From Candidatus Nanohaloarchaea archaeon (GTDB taxonomy: Archaea > Nanohalarchaeota > Nanosalinia > Nanosalinales > Nanosalinaceae): a stretch of 64,000 bases of DNA. This document shows, in pieces, positions 1 through 8,452 of the stretch. How positions within the stretch are numbered: position 1 is the stretch's first letter; the number at the start of each line of letters is the position of its first letter. The position numbers and the translations under genes are program-made. The DNA lies in NCBI GenBank assembly GCA_041639695.1, contig JBEQBQ010000001.1:31634-95633 (forward strand). Reading direction: 5' to 3'. The notes below the pieces were generated by a model. The model was not told the origin of the DNA. It worked only from the letters and a program-made list of their open reading frames with translations, and did no database searches.

Positions 1-627
1 AGGTTCAGCACGGCAGTAGAAGCTGTTGAAGAAGTTGAAGGGGATCTTCAAGATACACTCGATCAGTATGACACATTCACAACCAAGGCTGAAGATCTAA
101 CAAACGTTGAAGGTGTCGGCCCTGCCGTAGAGAGCTCCCTAAGTGATGCCGATATCGACACAGTTTTCGATCTAGCCAGTGCAAGCGATAGAAGACTTCA
201 GAGAATGACAGAATCTAGGAACACTAGAGGCGATAACGCAGGTGAACTTAGAGACGCCGCACAGAGTTATATTCAAACTGAACTTGCACAGGAACTCGGC
301 CTCGGATCGCTGACTGAGCAGATGGAGGATACGCTACAAGTTGGCGACATGACAAGCATTCAGTATGCGATCATGGAACAAGCTGGTGCTGCTTACGAAT
401 CTATTGACACGGTTCAGAGATATGTCAACAGCATGATGGAGAACACTTTGCCTGAAAGTTCAGGTATTCAGTTTGAGGCAGATGGAGAAACCTATTCTGC
501 AGAAGAAGCACTTGAACTAGCATCAGGAGAAAGAGAAGAGGCTTACGAAGAGCTAGGGCTTAAGCCTACAGATCTTGATGACATAGGTTTCATAGAAGAC
601 ACTCAAGACATCAAATACGAGGAGTAA
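1..627 (+). CDS. Helix-hairpin-helix domain protein, 5'-truncated by the window edge
   Basis: Frame is open from base 1 (RFSTAVE...), upstream of the tracked ATG at 205; contains the HhH-like motif LTNVEGVGPAVESSLSDADIDTVFDLASAS. Confidence 0.65.
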   Translation, partial: RFSTAVEAVEEVEGDLQDTLDQYDTFTTKAEDLTNVEGVGPAVESSLSDADIDTVFDLASASDRRLQRMTESRNTRGDNAGELRDAAQSYIQTELAQELGLGSLTEQMEDTLQVGDMTSIQYAIMEQAGAAYESIDTVQRYVNSMMENTLPESSGIQFEADGETYSAEEALELASGEREEAYEELGLKPTDLDDIGFIEDTQDIKYEE

Positions 628-637
628 TTTTCTCCTC

Positions 638-1654
638 TTATTCTTTCTTTATTTCTACACAGACACGTTTCTCTGAAGGGCTTCTCTCACCGCACTCAAC
701 AATATTTACGATAGAAAGTTTTTCCGAAACATTTCTGACTTCGTTTTCAACAGGTCCAAAGTCATCGTTCTCAACAAACCTGTAATAGTGAATCGTTCCG
801 TCTTTTTCGAGGTGATTGTATGCAAGTTCGAGGAACTCGTTTGCTGATTCCGGTAAAGGCATTATGATCCGGTCGAACTTTCCAAGATCGGGAACAACTT
901 CGTTGACATCGCCTTCAATCCCTTTAACAGTGTCTTCAAGATCGTTTAACTCAATATTTTCTTTCATGTAGTCGGCAGCTACAGGATTTTTCTCAACGCC
1001 AACAACTTTCTCCGCACCCATCTTTCCAGCCAGTACGGCAAAGGGCCCTACGCCAGCAAACATTACAAGAACAGTTTCTCCTCCCTCTATCTGGTCGCAG
1101 ACTCTTTTTCTTTCCGTTCCGAAACGTTCTGAGAAGTAAACCTTGGTTGGATCCACTTTGTAACGAAGTCCGAACTCTTTGTGAAAGGTCTCTGTCTCTT
1201 CACCGTAAAGTTTTTCGTAGTCGCCTACACGGAACTCTCCTTTCAAACCGCCTTCCTCTTTCAGTAAAATAGTTTTAACCCGGGGATTGTGGTGTAGGAT
1301 TCCTTCAACAGCGTCCTCCTCCGAAACTTTTGCCAACTCATTAATGACTGCAACATCGCCGATCAACTCGTACGAAGGAATATCAAACTCTTCTTCATCT
1401 TCTTCATGGATTATCGAAACATCGTTCTCCAACTTTTCCTGAACTTCAGAAAGCCCTTCATCAACGAAAATATTATCGTCTTCACCGGTTTTCTCAATTA
1501 CTTCTTCGATCGAGTATTTTTCGGATGAGAACGGTTTCAAAGTTAGTTTGGTTTCCCCGTTTCTGGCGATGATCGAACCATTTTTTTCATCGAGTTCGAA
1601 GTCCTGTCTTTCGAACAGTTCTCTGACTTTTTCCTCGAGTTTTTCCTGCTCCAT
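638..1654 (-). CDS. trm5: tRNA (guanine37-N1)-methyltransferase, Trm5/Tyw2 family
   Basis: SYELIGDVAVI, KVYFSER, SAM-binding MFAGVGPFAV, EKNP, DRIIMPLP. Confidence 0.85.
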   Translation of the reverse strand: MEQEKLEEKVRELFERQDFELDEKNGSIIARNGETKLTLKPFSSEKYSIEEVIEKTGEDDNIFVDEGLSEVQEKLENDVSIIHEEDEEEFDIPSYELIGDVAVINELAKVSEEDAVEGILHHNPRVKTILLKEEGGLKGEFRVGDYEKLYGEETETFHKEFGLRYKVDPTKVYFSERFGTERKRVCDQIEGGETVLVMFAGVGPFAVLAGKMGAEKVVGVEKNPVAADYMKENIELNDLEDTVKGIEGDVNEVVPDLGKFDRIIMPLPESANEFLELAYNHLEKDGTIHYYRFVENDDFGPVENEVRNVSEKLSIVNIVECGERSPSEKRVCVEIKKE

Positions 1655-1689
1655 GCGATAAAAAGGTTTCCTGAGAGTTTTATACCGTA

Positions 1690-2394
1690 ATGCTACACAT
1701 CGTAGGTCTCGGACTTGATGACGGAGAAATAACGCAGAAAGGCTTAGAGGCCGTTGAAGATGCCGAAAAGGTTTTCGCCGAGTTCTACACTAACACGGAA
1801 ACGGTCGATCTAGAAAGACTTGAAGAGGAGACCTGTAGTGAAATTGAGAAACTTTCACGTGAAGAAGTTGAACGTGAAGACAGGATAATCGAATCAGCGA
1901 AAGAAACAGATACTGCATTCCTGGTCTCAGGAAACGCCCTTACTGCGACCACTCACTACGATATTAAACATAGAGCCGAGCAGGATGGGATTGAAACTAA
2001 TGTTGTCCATGCGCCTTCGATATTCACTTCTATAGCGGAAACCGGTTTGAACGTTTACAAGTTCGGCAGAACGGTTACGTTGCCGAAGGAAGGCGAACCT
2101 TCTTCGATCGTAAAGCATATTGAGAAGAATGATTCGATCGATCTCCACACACTGGTTTTACTGGATATCGACTATAATGCTTCTAAGGCGGCTGAGAAAC
2201 TGGTTTCGATGGACGAAAACTTAGGTCCGAGAAAGGTTGTTGTGCTTGAAAGAGCCAATCTAGAAACCCAGAATGTCTCAGTAATGACTCTGGAAGAAGC
2301 TGCGAAACAAGAGTTTGGAGATACACCTCACTCGATCATCTTTGTAGGCGAAACATCTCACAAGGAAGAAGAGTTCCTTTCGGCACACAGTTAA
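1690..2394 (+). CDS. dph5: Diphthine synthase
   Basis: MLHIVGLGL, AEFYT, ATTH, GLNVYKFGRTVTLP, HTLVLLDI. Confidence 0.93.
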   Translation: MLHIVGLGLDDGEITQKGLEAVEDAEKVFAEFYTNTETVDLERLEEETCSEIEKLSREEVEREDRIIESAKETDTAFLVSGNALTATTHYDIKHRAEQDGIETNVVHAPSIFTSIAETGLNVYKFGRTVTLPKEGEPSSIVKHIEKNDSIDLHTLVLLDIDYNASKAAEKLVSMDENLGPRKVVVLERANLETQNVSVMTLEEAAKQEFGDTPHSIIFVGETSHKEEEFLSAHS

Positions 2395-2418
2395 GTAAAT
2401 CTGGCTCTAAATGTCTGT

Positions 2419-2871
2419 ATGTCGGCGACCAGCAGGAACGGATCAGGTTCTAACTTGAATAAATCAAGTGAAGCTACTCAGGAAGAGATAGAGACTGTAG
2501 AGGAAATGAGGCAGACCCTTGTTGAGATGAAGAAAGAGTCTGAGCAGTTCAGATCTGAGATAATGGAGATTCTTAAATACGTGGTTGAGGCGGAAAGAGA
2601 GCTGAAAGACGTAAGATCAAAGGAGGTCGAGGCAAAAAGAACCGGAAACCCTCGAGAGCTTGCAGAAGCAGTAAGAGAAGAACACAGAACTATCGAAGAA
2701 CTTTCTCATGTAAAGGAGGGAATGTCGGATCTTGCGGAAAAGATAAAGATCCAGCGAGGTCTTCTAGAAGAGGCGTTAGGACTGGATGCTGAAGCAGTTG
2801 AAGAAGGCGAAACAGCACTCGAAATAGATGAAGAAGAGTTAGAAGAAATAAGGAGATCGCTTGAAACCTAA
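2419..2871 (+). CDS. Hypothetical acidic coiled-coil protein
   Basis: 150-aa E-rich ORF with heptad pattern, co-oriented with neighbours. Confidence 0.6.
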   Translation: MSATSRNGSGSNLNKSSEATQEEIETVEEMRQTLVEMKKESEQFRSEIMEILKYVVEAERELKDVRSKEVEAKRTGNPRELAEAVREEHRTIEELSHVKEGMSDLAEKIKIQRGLLEEALGLDAEAVEEGETALEIDEEELEEIRRSLET

Positions 2872-2884
2872 GGTGTTCTAGTTT

Positions 2885-3121
2885 TTGGAAAAAGATAGTA
2901 CTCAGGAAAGACTGGAAGAAGAAACCAGGAAATGGCTGGAGAAGCTTGAGAACAGGTTAGAGGACAGAGATGACTCTGTTGAACAGATGGAAAACGTTCT
3001 GGCGTACAAGGACGACACCTACCATTTTCTTGAGGAAGATGATTATGTCCGTGCTTGGGAGTCCGTGATCTATGCTTGGGGTATTCTTGAGACCTTGGAA
3101 AGGCTTGGAAAGTTTGAATAG
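2885..3121 (+). CDS. DUF357 family protein
   Basis: AYKDDTYHFLEEDDYVRAWESVIYAWGILE pattern; DUF357 commonly lies next to dph5 in archaea. Confidence 0.8.
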   Translation: MEKDSTQERLEEETRKWLEKLENRLEDRDDSVEQMENVLAYKDDTYHFLEEDDYVRAWESVIYAWGILETLERLGKFE

Positions 3122-3152
3122 TTAAAAACGAGCTAAGTCCAAACAGTTAATT

Positions 3153-3425
3153 ATGAGAGATCCCTGGAAGTATATTGCGTTCCCGGTCGCCGCGGTTTCA
3201 GGCTACTTCGTATCAATAGCGGCAACCCAGCAGGTAAAGGTTTACCTAGGTCTCTCAGACTTCTTGACAAGAATAATTGTATTAGCAGCTGTAGGACTTG
3301 TAGCAGGCTTCCTGGTCGATGAACTTATACCGGCTTACCTAGAAAAAGTTAGAGGAAGTTCTGGAGGCGTTGGAGGAGACGACTTCGGCGGAGGGGGTGG
3401 AGACGATTTCGACTTCGACAAATAA
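3153..3425 (+). CDS. Small two-TM membrane protein with Gly/Asp tail
   Basis: Two hydrophobic segments; C-terminus GGGGGDDFDFDK. Confidence 0.65.
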   Translation: MRDPWKYIAFPVAAVSGYFVSIAATQQVKVYLGLSDFLTRIIVLAAVGLVAGFLVDELIPAYLEKVRGSSGGVGGDDFGGGGGDDFDFDK

Positions 3426-3873
3426 ACTACTGATCGGGATACTCAGTATCGTAATGCTGTCAGGAGCTGTCGCAGGATACTACTACGGTGATAACACGGA
3501 TAGTTCATTTTCAACTGATAGCACAGAGTTCTCATTACCTAGTTATGATTCACAAGTTGAAATATTGGCGAAGCTCGTTGCGCCTTTCCTCCTGATCTTC
3601 ATAATCTTTTATCTAGGGCTTTTCAAGGCGCTCTGGTTTGCTTACGCCGACGATGACGGCCCGTTTTTAACGAAGAGCAAGAAGGAGGAGAAGAAACAGG
3701 TACGGAAGTACGCCGCGATAATCGCCATCCTTATAGCAGGTATGACCGTTCCATCGCCGCTTTTCCGGGCTTTAAATGAATTTACGGCTGTGGTATTCGG
3801 AGGCCTTACCTACATACTTCTTGGAGCTCTAGGCTTCGCCTTCCTACTCGTTCTCTGGAGCATCTTCACCTGA
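3370..3873 (+). CDS. Hypothetical membrane protein (start uncertain)
   Basis: About 4 hydrophobic segments; overlaps the upstream gene. Confidence 0.6.
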   Translation: MEETTSAEGVETISTSTNKLLIGILSIVMLSGAVAGYYYGDNTDSSFSTDSTEFSLPSYDSQVEILAKLVAPFLLIFIIFYLGLFKALWFAYADDDGPFLTKSKKEEKKQVRKYAAIIAILIAGMTVPSPLFRALNEFTAVVFGGLTYILLGALGFAFLLVLWSIFT

Positions 3874-3899
3874 TTCGGGCCAGATAATTTATAAATTAG

Positions 3900-5402
3900 G
3901 TGCGAATTAACTACTGTATGAATAACAAAATAAAGGCGATTCTAGCCTCCTTCTTTGTCCAGATCTCAACAGTTGCAGCTCAAAATGATCCTATCGGAGT
4001 AGCCAGCGGAAACGGAGAGTTCGCGGGCATTATACCGCTAATCACCGATATATTCGGCTTCCAGATAGGTGGATGGCAAGATGTGGCGGTATTTGGAGCA
4101 ACTGTGGGAGTCTTCTGGGTATCGTTCTATATTGTTATCGAGACAGCTCTCCGGAGAATGGGTAACGAATACCTGCTTGAAGCTTCAGGCCTGAAAAGCG
4201 GCGGTGTAGGTTCAAGTGGCGATGAAGGCATTAGCTCACGTATTGCGCTATTCTCGCTGCTTCTTGTAGTGTCTGCCTTCGGGGCTAATGGCGTGTTTGG
4301 AATAATGAACGGCCTCCAAAACATAGTCTTGCTTGCGATGGCTTTCGGGGTTATCGGTGCCCTTCTCTGGGCTTTAGGAGGTGGACTAATCTTCTCTGGT
4401 ATGGGAGCAAGAGTCACAGGAGAAGGAGCAAAAGAATGGGGGGATGCAGCCTCCGACCTAGGAAACTACTTAGAGGATGCAAGAGAACGCATGAATAATG
4501 GAGGAGATAATGCCGGCGATCAGGAAGACAATCTCGAAGGCGTTATACAGGACATTATGAACGCGGAAGCCGATGTTGAAGAAATGGTTGATGTAGATAT
4601 TGAAAGACTCCAACAAGTGATTAATGAGATAGAGGAAGAACTGGAACTAGAAAAAGATGAAGTCAAAGATGAAAGAAAAATTCAGGAAGTGCTTAGTGAC
4701 ATAGAAGAAAGATTAGAGGGGGTAGAGGGAAGCGAAAGTAGAAGAGAGATAAAGCGGATTTTTGGGGAGAAAGAATCTGGCGGTTCAAAGCTTAAACAGG
4801 ACATAAGCGCTCTTTACGAACTGATTGAAGATATAGAAGCAGATGAAGAAAGAGGAATTGACGTGGTAAAAGATGAGCTTCATGAGCTTCACGAAGTAAT
4901 CAAGGAAATTCAGAGAGACTTTGAAGCTGTCAAAGAAATTGGCCAGATTATAGAAGAAAGCGAAGCAGATTGGAATCAGGTAGCCCAAAGAGCTGGTCAA
5001 GACGAAGAACTTGCTATGGAAAAAAATCAAATCGAGAAATTAGAAGCAGAGTTCCAAGACCTAAGAGAAAAAGAGTCAACGGTAGCAGCTGAACTCGATA
5101 GGGTTATAGAGTTGCTTGAAAGCCAGGTAAAAATTGAGAAGGAAGAAGTTGAGATGCTTCAAACCGAGATTAGTGAGAGCGGACAATTAATAAAGAATTT
5201 AGGCACATTAAAGAACCAAATTAAATCCGTTAAATCTGACGATGATGACTGGATTGTTAGAGAGATGAACTCCATAATACCTATTATTGAAAAGCAGATT
5301 GAACCAGAATTGGAAAGGCTTGAGGATATGGATGAGAGAGAACTTCGTAAGGAGGAGGAAGTTCTCCAACATGCTAGAGAAGTTAGGGCTAGAATATCTT
5401 AA
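3900..5402 (+). CDS. Membrane protein with N-terminal TM helices and long acidic coiled-coil C-terminus
   Basis: Hydrophobic N-terminal ~165 aa followed by E-rich heptads; likely start is ATG at 3918. Confidence 0.7.
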   Translation: MRINYCMNNKIKAILASFFVQISTVAAQNDPIGVASGNGEFAGIIPLITDIFGFQIGGWQDVAVFGATVGVFWVSFYIVIETALRRMGNEYLLEASGLKSGGVGSSGDEGISSRIALFSLLLVVSAFGANGVFGIMNGLQNIVLLAMAFGVIGALLWALGGGLIFSGMGARVTGEGAKEWGDAASDLGNYLEDARERMNNGGDNAGDQEDNLEGVIQDIMNAEADVEEMVDVDIERLQQVINEIEEELELEKDEVKDERKIQEVLSDIEERLEGVEGSESRREIKRIFGEKESGGSKLKQDISALYELIEDIEADEERGIDVVKDELHELHEVIKEIQRDFEAVKEIGQIIEESEADWNQVAQRAGQDEELAMEKNQIEKLEAEFQDLREKESTVAAELDRVIELLESQVKIEKEEVEMLQTEISESGQLIKNLGTLKNQIKSVKSDDDDWIVREMNSIIPIIEKQIEPELERLEDMDERELRKEEEVLQHAREVRARIS

Positions 5403-5469
5403 TCCTCATCCCTTTGCCGTATATATTTAAACAGATAACAGGTAAAACGTACTAAGAGGTTTTCAAAAC

Positions 5470-5613
5470 ATGGCATGCAGTGGAACGATAATTCAGTGCG
5501 TCTCGAACAACCCGACAGTTGTGGCGGTTGGAGCGGTCGCAGGTTTTGTACTAGCAAAAGCGATGAACATGCGTAAAAGAAAGCGCGGAATGGGCGGCAT
5601 GGGAGGTTTCTAG
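5470..5613 (+). CDS. 47-aa single-TM protein (not in ORF track)
   Basis: MACSGTIIQCVSNNPTVVAVGAVAGFVLAKAMNMRKRKRGMGGMGGF; GAGGT RBS upstream; stop 1 nt before the next ATG. Confidence 0.7.
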   Translation: MACSGTIIQCVSNNPTVVAVGAVAGFVLAKAMNMRKRKRGMGGMGGF

Positions 5614-5614
5614 G

Positions 5615-5869
5615 ATGGCCGATAAAAAGAAGTTCCACGAATACCTGTATGAGGTCGAGAACTGGGTCGACGAGTTCGCGATCGCATTTCTGTCGTTCGG
5701 ATTTATAGTTGCGTTCATCGAGATCCTTTTCTTCCAGTCAAAGTCATTAACCTTCACGACGCTGGATGAAGAGATCTACAGATGGGTTATGATGATCGGT
5801 ATAATGGTTATTGGAAGAGAGCTGTGGTTGATGAACAGAAACATCAGGGAATACCTTGAAGGTGAATAA
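5615..5869 (+). CDS. Small two-TM membrane protein
   Basis: Hydrophobic segments; operonic spacing. Confidence 0.65.
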   Translation: MADKKKFHEYLYEVENWVDEFAIAFLSFGFIVAFIEILFFQSKSLTFTTLDEEIYRWVMMIGIMVIGRELWLMNRNIREYLEGE

Positions 5870-5873
5870 CTGA

Positions 5874-6458
5874 GTGGCTGTAACATTTAGCGGAATAATT
5901 CAAACATGGGCAGAAATGGACATCTTTACGGTTGTTCTGCCTTTCTTCCTTTCGCTACTGCTGTTTAACTTCATACTTAGGAATCTAGAAATCTTTGACA
6001 GCGATAACTTCGGTGAGAAGACTGCTGGCCTGATAGCAGTAGTGCTTTCGCTCTTCGTAGCACAGTTCCTTGTAGCTAATCCGTACTACCAGAGCTTTTT
6101 CACAGATTACTTTGCAAGGATAGCTATCGGTATCGCAGGTCTACTAGGCCTGTTGATCTTCCTGAGTTACGCTGGAGTGAAACCTGGCAAGATCCCTATA
6201 ATTACGGCGATAGTTGTGGCCGGAGCAGTTGGAGCCTTTGGAATGTCGAGAGGTTTCTCGGCCTTCCTTCCAACATCGCAACTTCCGATTTTTAACGTGT
6301 CCCTTAGGCAGATCTTCCAGGCATCATTAGAATACGGGGTAGTATACATCATAATCATCGGTGTAGCGGTATACTACATAGTTCACGATACAAGGGATAA
6401 TGACGATGAAACCAGGACAGGAGAGGTTCTAGAAGCACTACTAGGGCAAAGAGACTGA
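5874..6458 (+). CDS. Multi-pass membrane protein
   Basis: GGTGA RBS; N-terminus (EMDIFTVVLPFFL) resembles the next gene. Confidence 0.7.
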   Translation: MAVTFSGIIQTWAEMDIFTVVLPFFLSLLLFNFILRNLEIFDSDNFGEKTAGLIAVVLSLFVAQFLVANPYYQSFFTDYFARIAIGIAGLLGLLIFLSYAGVKPGKIPIITAIVVAGAVGAFGMSRGFSAFLPTSQLPIFNVSLRQIFQASLEYGVVYIIIIGVAVYYIVHDTRDNDDETRTGEVLEALLGQRD

Positions 6459-6470
6459 GGTGAATAAGAT

Positions 6471-7022
6471 ATGGGAATATTTGAGACGCTGGTTCAGAAC
6501 ATGTCACAGATGGACTTGTTCCATCTCTTCTTCCCATGGCTACTGATCGTCGCAGTTACCTACGGTGCTTTGAACAAGACAGATCTCTTCGAAGAAGATA
6601 CTATTGATGCCGCTGTTGCCTTATCGGTAGGATTTATCGCGATGGCGGGACTGCTTGCGTTCGTACCGGCAAACATGTTCCCTCAGTTTGGAGCTGCGAT
6701 AGGATTTATCGTGTTTGGAATCCTTGGTTTATTGATCGTGCTGGCGATGGCAGGAGTCGACGTGAACGATCTCGCCGATACCGGGGACACACCTTTACGG
6801 GGTAACCCGATAGCTGTCGGAGGAATCATCCTAGTTTCGATAGCGTTCATAGGAGTGTTCCTGAGTTACTTCAACCTTGGAGGATACCTTCCCGGCTTCT
6901 CCGGAGACATCGATCTAAGCCTAAGCATAGGTAATGAAGCAGTGATGCAGGTATTGACCATGGTATTCATGCTGGCTTTAGTCGGAGTCGTTATCTGGGC
7001 GACCGGGGAAGACGACGGATAA
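6471..7022 (+). CDS. Multi-pass membrane protein, probable paralog of 5874-6458
   Basis: GAGGTGA RBS; QMDLFHLFFPWLL, about 5 TM segments. Confidence 0.72.
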   Translation: MGIFETLVQNMSQMDLFHLFFPWLLIVAVTYGALNKTDLFEEDTIDAAVALSVGFIAMAGLLAFVPANMFPQFGAAIGFIVFGILGLLIVLAMAGVDVNDLADTGDTPLRGNPIAVGGIILVSIAFIGVFLSYFNLGGYLPGFSGDIDLSLSIGNEAVMQVLTMVFMLALVGVVIWATGEDDG

Positions 7023-7080
7023 AAACTTCTCTAATTTTCTAGTTAATAATTAAGATAGAAATATGGTTGGAAACGTTTCT

Positions 7081-7965
7081 TTACCAGTCATCCATGTCCA
7101 TGTCTTTGATGTCGTCCTCGGAGATGTTGGAGTCGGTTTCGATACCTCTCTCCTGTTTAATTTCTTGGACAAGCTGTGTTAATTCACGGACATTATCCAC
7201 AAGTGATGGAAGTACTTGCTGGAATGCTTTTTCGAGTCCGCCGATTCTTGACTGGTAGGAGTCGATGTCTTCCTCTATCTCGTTCATCTTGTCGATGAAC
7301 TGTGTCTGATCCTCGTCATCCCTGACCTCTAGATCGTGTACTCTCTCATCAAGCTCCTCTACTTTCTGTTTTAATTCGTCGATCTCTGAGTATGCGTTTT
7401 CGAACTCTTCCTCAACCTTCTGGAAGTTCTCCGCGACAATTGTCTCGATCAGTTCCTCGACCTGTGAGGTCTGGCCGTCTAACTGAGGTGCTTGCTGTTG
7501 GGAGTTTTGCTGGGGCGGAGGATTATTGTTGTCCATAGGTGGCTGTTGCTGTGGTGGTGCCGGTTCAGGGTTTGAGTCGTTCATTCCGTTTTCTTCTTGT
7601 TGGTTGTATCCTTCGTCCATAGGTGACACCTGGTCTCCGCCTCCCTGATAAGGAGTCATAGGTTCAGGTCCTTCAGAATCTCCTGAAGCTGTGGATGTTA
7701 CTGCCTGTGTCACAGCTTTCTGTATCTCCTGGTCGGAGTACTGGCCCTGAAGCTCGCTTTTTATCTCGTCTTCAGAATACCCCTGGTTAAACATTTCGTT
7801 TACCTGTCTTTCAAGCCCGGAGCTGAATTCGCTTCCTGAACCTAGGCCTGAAGACTGGTTCTGGTTCATGCCTCCTGAGCTGGATAAACTGTTAGAAGAA
7901 CTGGACGAACTTGTATCTTTAGAATCTTCTTCGTCTCTAAGCCGTCCAAAAAGTTTGAACTTCAT
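7081..7965 (-). CDS. Hypothetical protein with S/Q/P low-complexity linker and C-terminal coiled coil
   Basis: 294-aa ORF; ATGA overlap with the upstream gene. Confidence 0.7.
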   Translation of the reverse strand: MKFKLFGRLRDEEDSKDTSSSSSSNSLSSSGGMNQNQSSGLGSGSEFSSGLERQVNEMFNQGYSEDEIKSELQGQYSDQEIQKAVTQAVTSTASGDSEGPEPMTPYQGGGDQVSPMDEGYNQQEENGMNDSNPEPAPPQQQPPMDNNNPPPQQNSQQQAPQLDGQTSQVEELIETIVAENFQKVEEEFENAYSEIDELKQKVEELDERVHDLEVRDDEDQTQFIDKMNEIEEDIDSYQSRIGGLEKAFQQVLPSLVDNVRELTQLVQEIKQERGIETDSNISEDDIKDMDMDDW

Positions 7966-8423
7966 ATTTTGTCCTCTCCAAGGCCTTTACCTTCGGATTG
8001 TTGTTCCATGCTTTTAATCTTCCTGTCTATCATCCTCTCGACTTCATCCTTTGAAACGCCCTGTTTGCTGGACATCATCTTCTTAACCTCTTTTTTAGTC
8101 ATGAAAGAAGACTTTATAGGGTTCATTAGCTCCATGTAGTTTTCTATCTCTTCAATTTCCTGTTTGGAGACGTATTTTCTTTTTTCTCGGTTGAGGTCTT
8201 TGATGTCGACTTCCATGTTTGCCATTCTGTCCCGGATCTCCTCTATCTCGTCTTCAAGTTCCTGTATGTCGCCTGAAAGATCTTTTGTTTTCTCTAAGAC
8301 TGTGTCATCGAGAGTGTTGACTCTAGCGTTGATGTTTCTGACCTGTTCTTCCAGGTCTCGGACTCTTCGGTTGAAGTCGTTGACCCGGTTCACGATCCGG
8401 TTCATCAGGTCTTGCTGAGGCAC
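7962..8423 (-). CDS. Hypothetical coiled-coil protein divergent from the pilus ATPase
   Basis: Heptad repeats; GGTGA RBS before GTG. Confidence 0.7.
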   Translation of the reverse strand: MPQQDLMNRIVNRVNDFNRRVRDLEEQVRNINARVNTLDDTVLEKTKDLSGDIQELEDEIEEIRDRMANMEVDIKDLNREKRKYVSKQEIEEIENYMELMNPIKSSFMTKKEVKKMMSSKQGVSKDEVERMIDRKIKSMEQQSEGKGLGEDKI

Positions 8424-8452
8424 ACCTTTTATTCACCAACGGTTGAATATTA

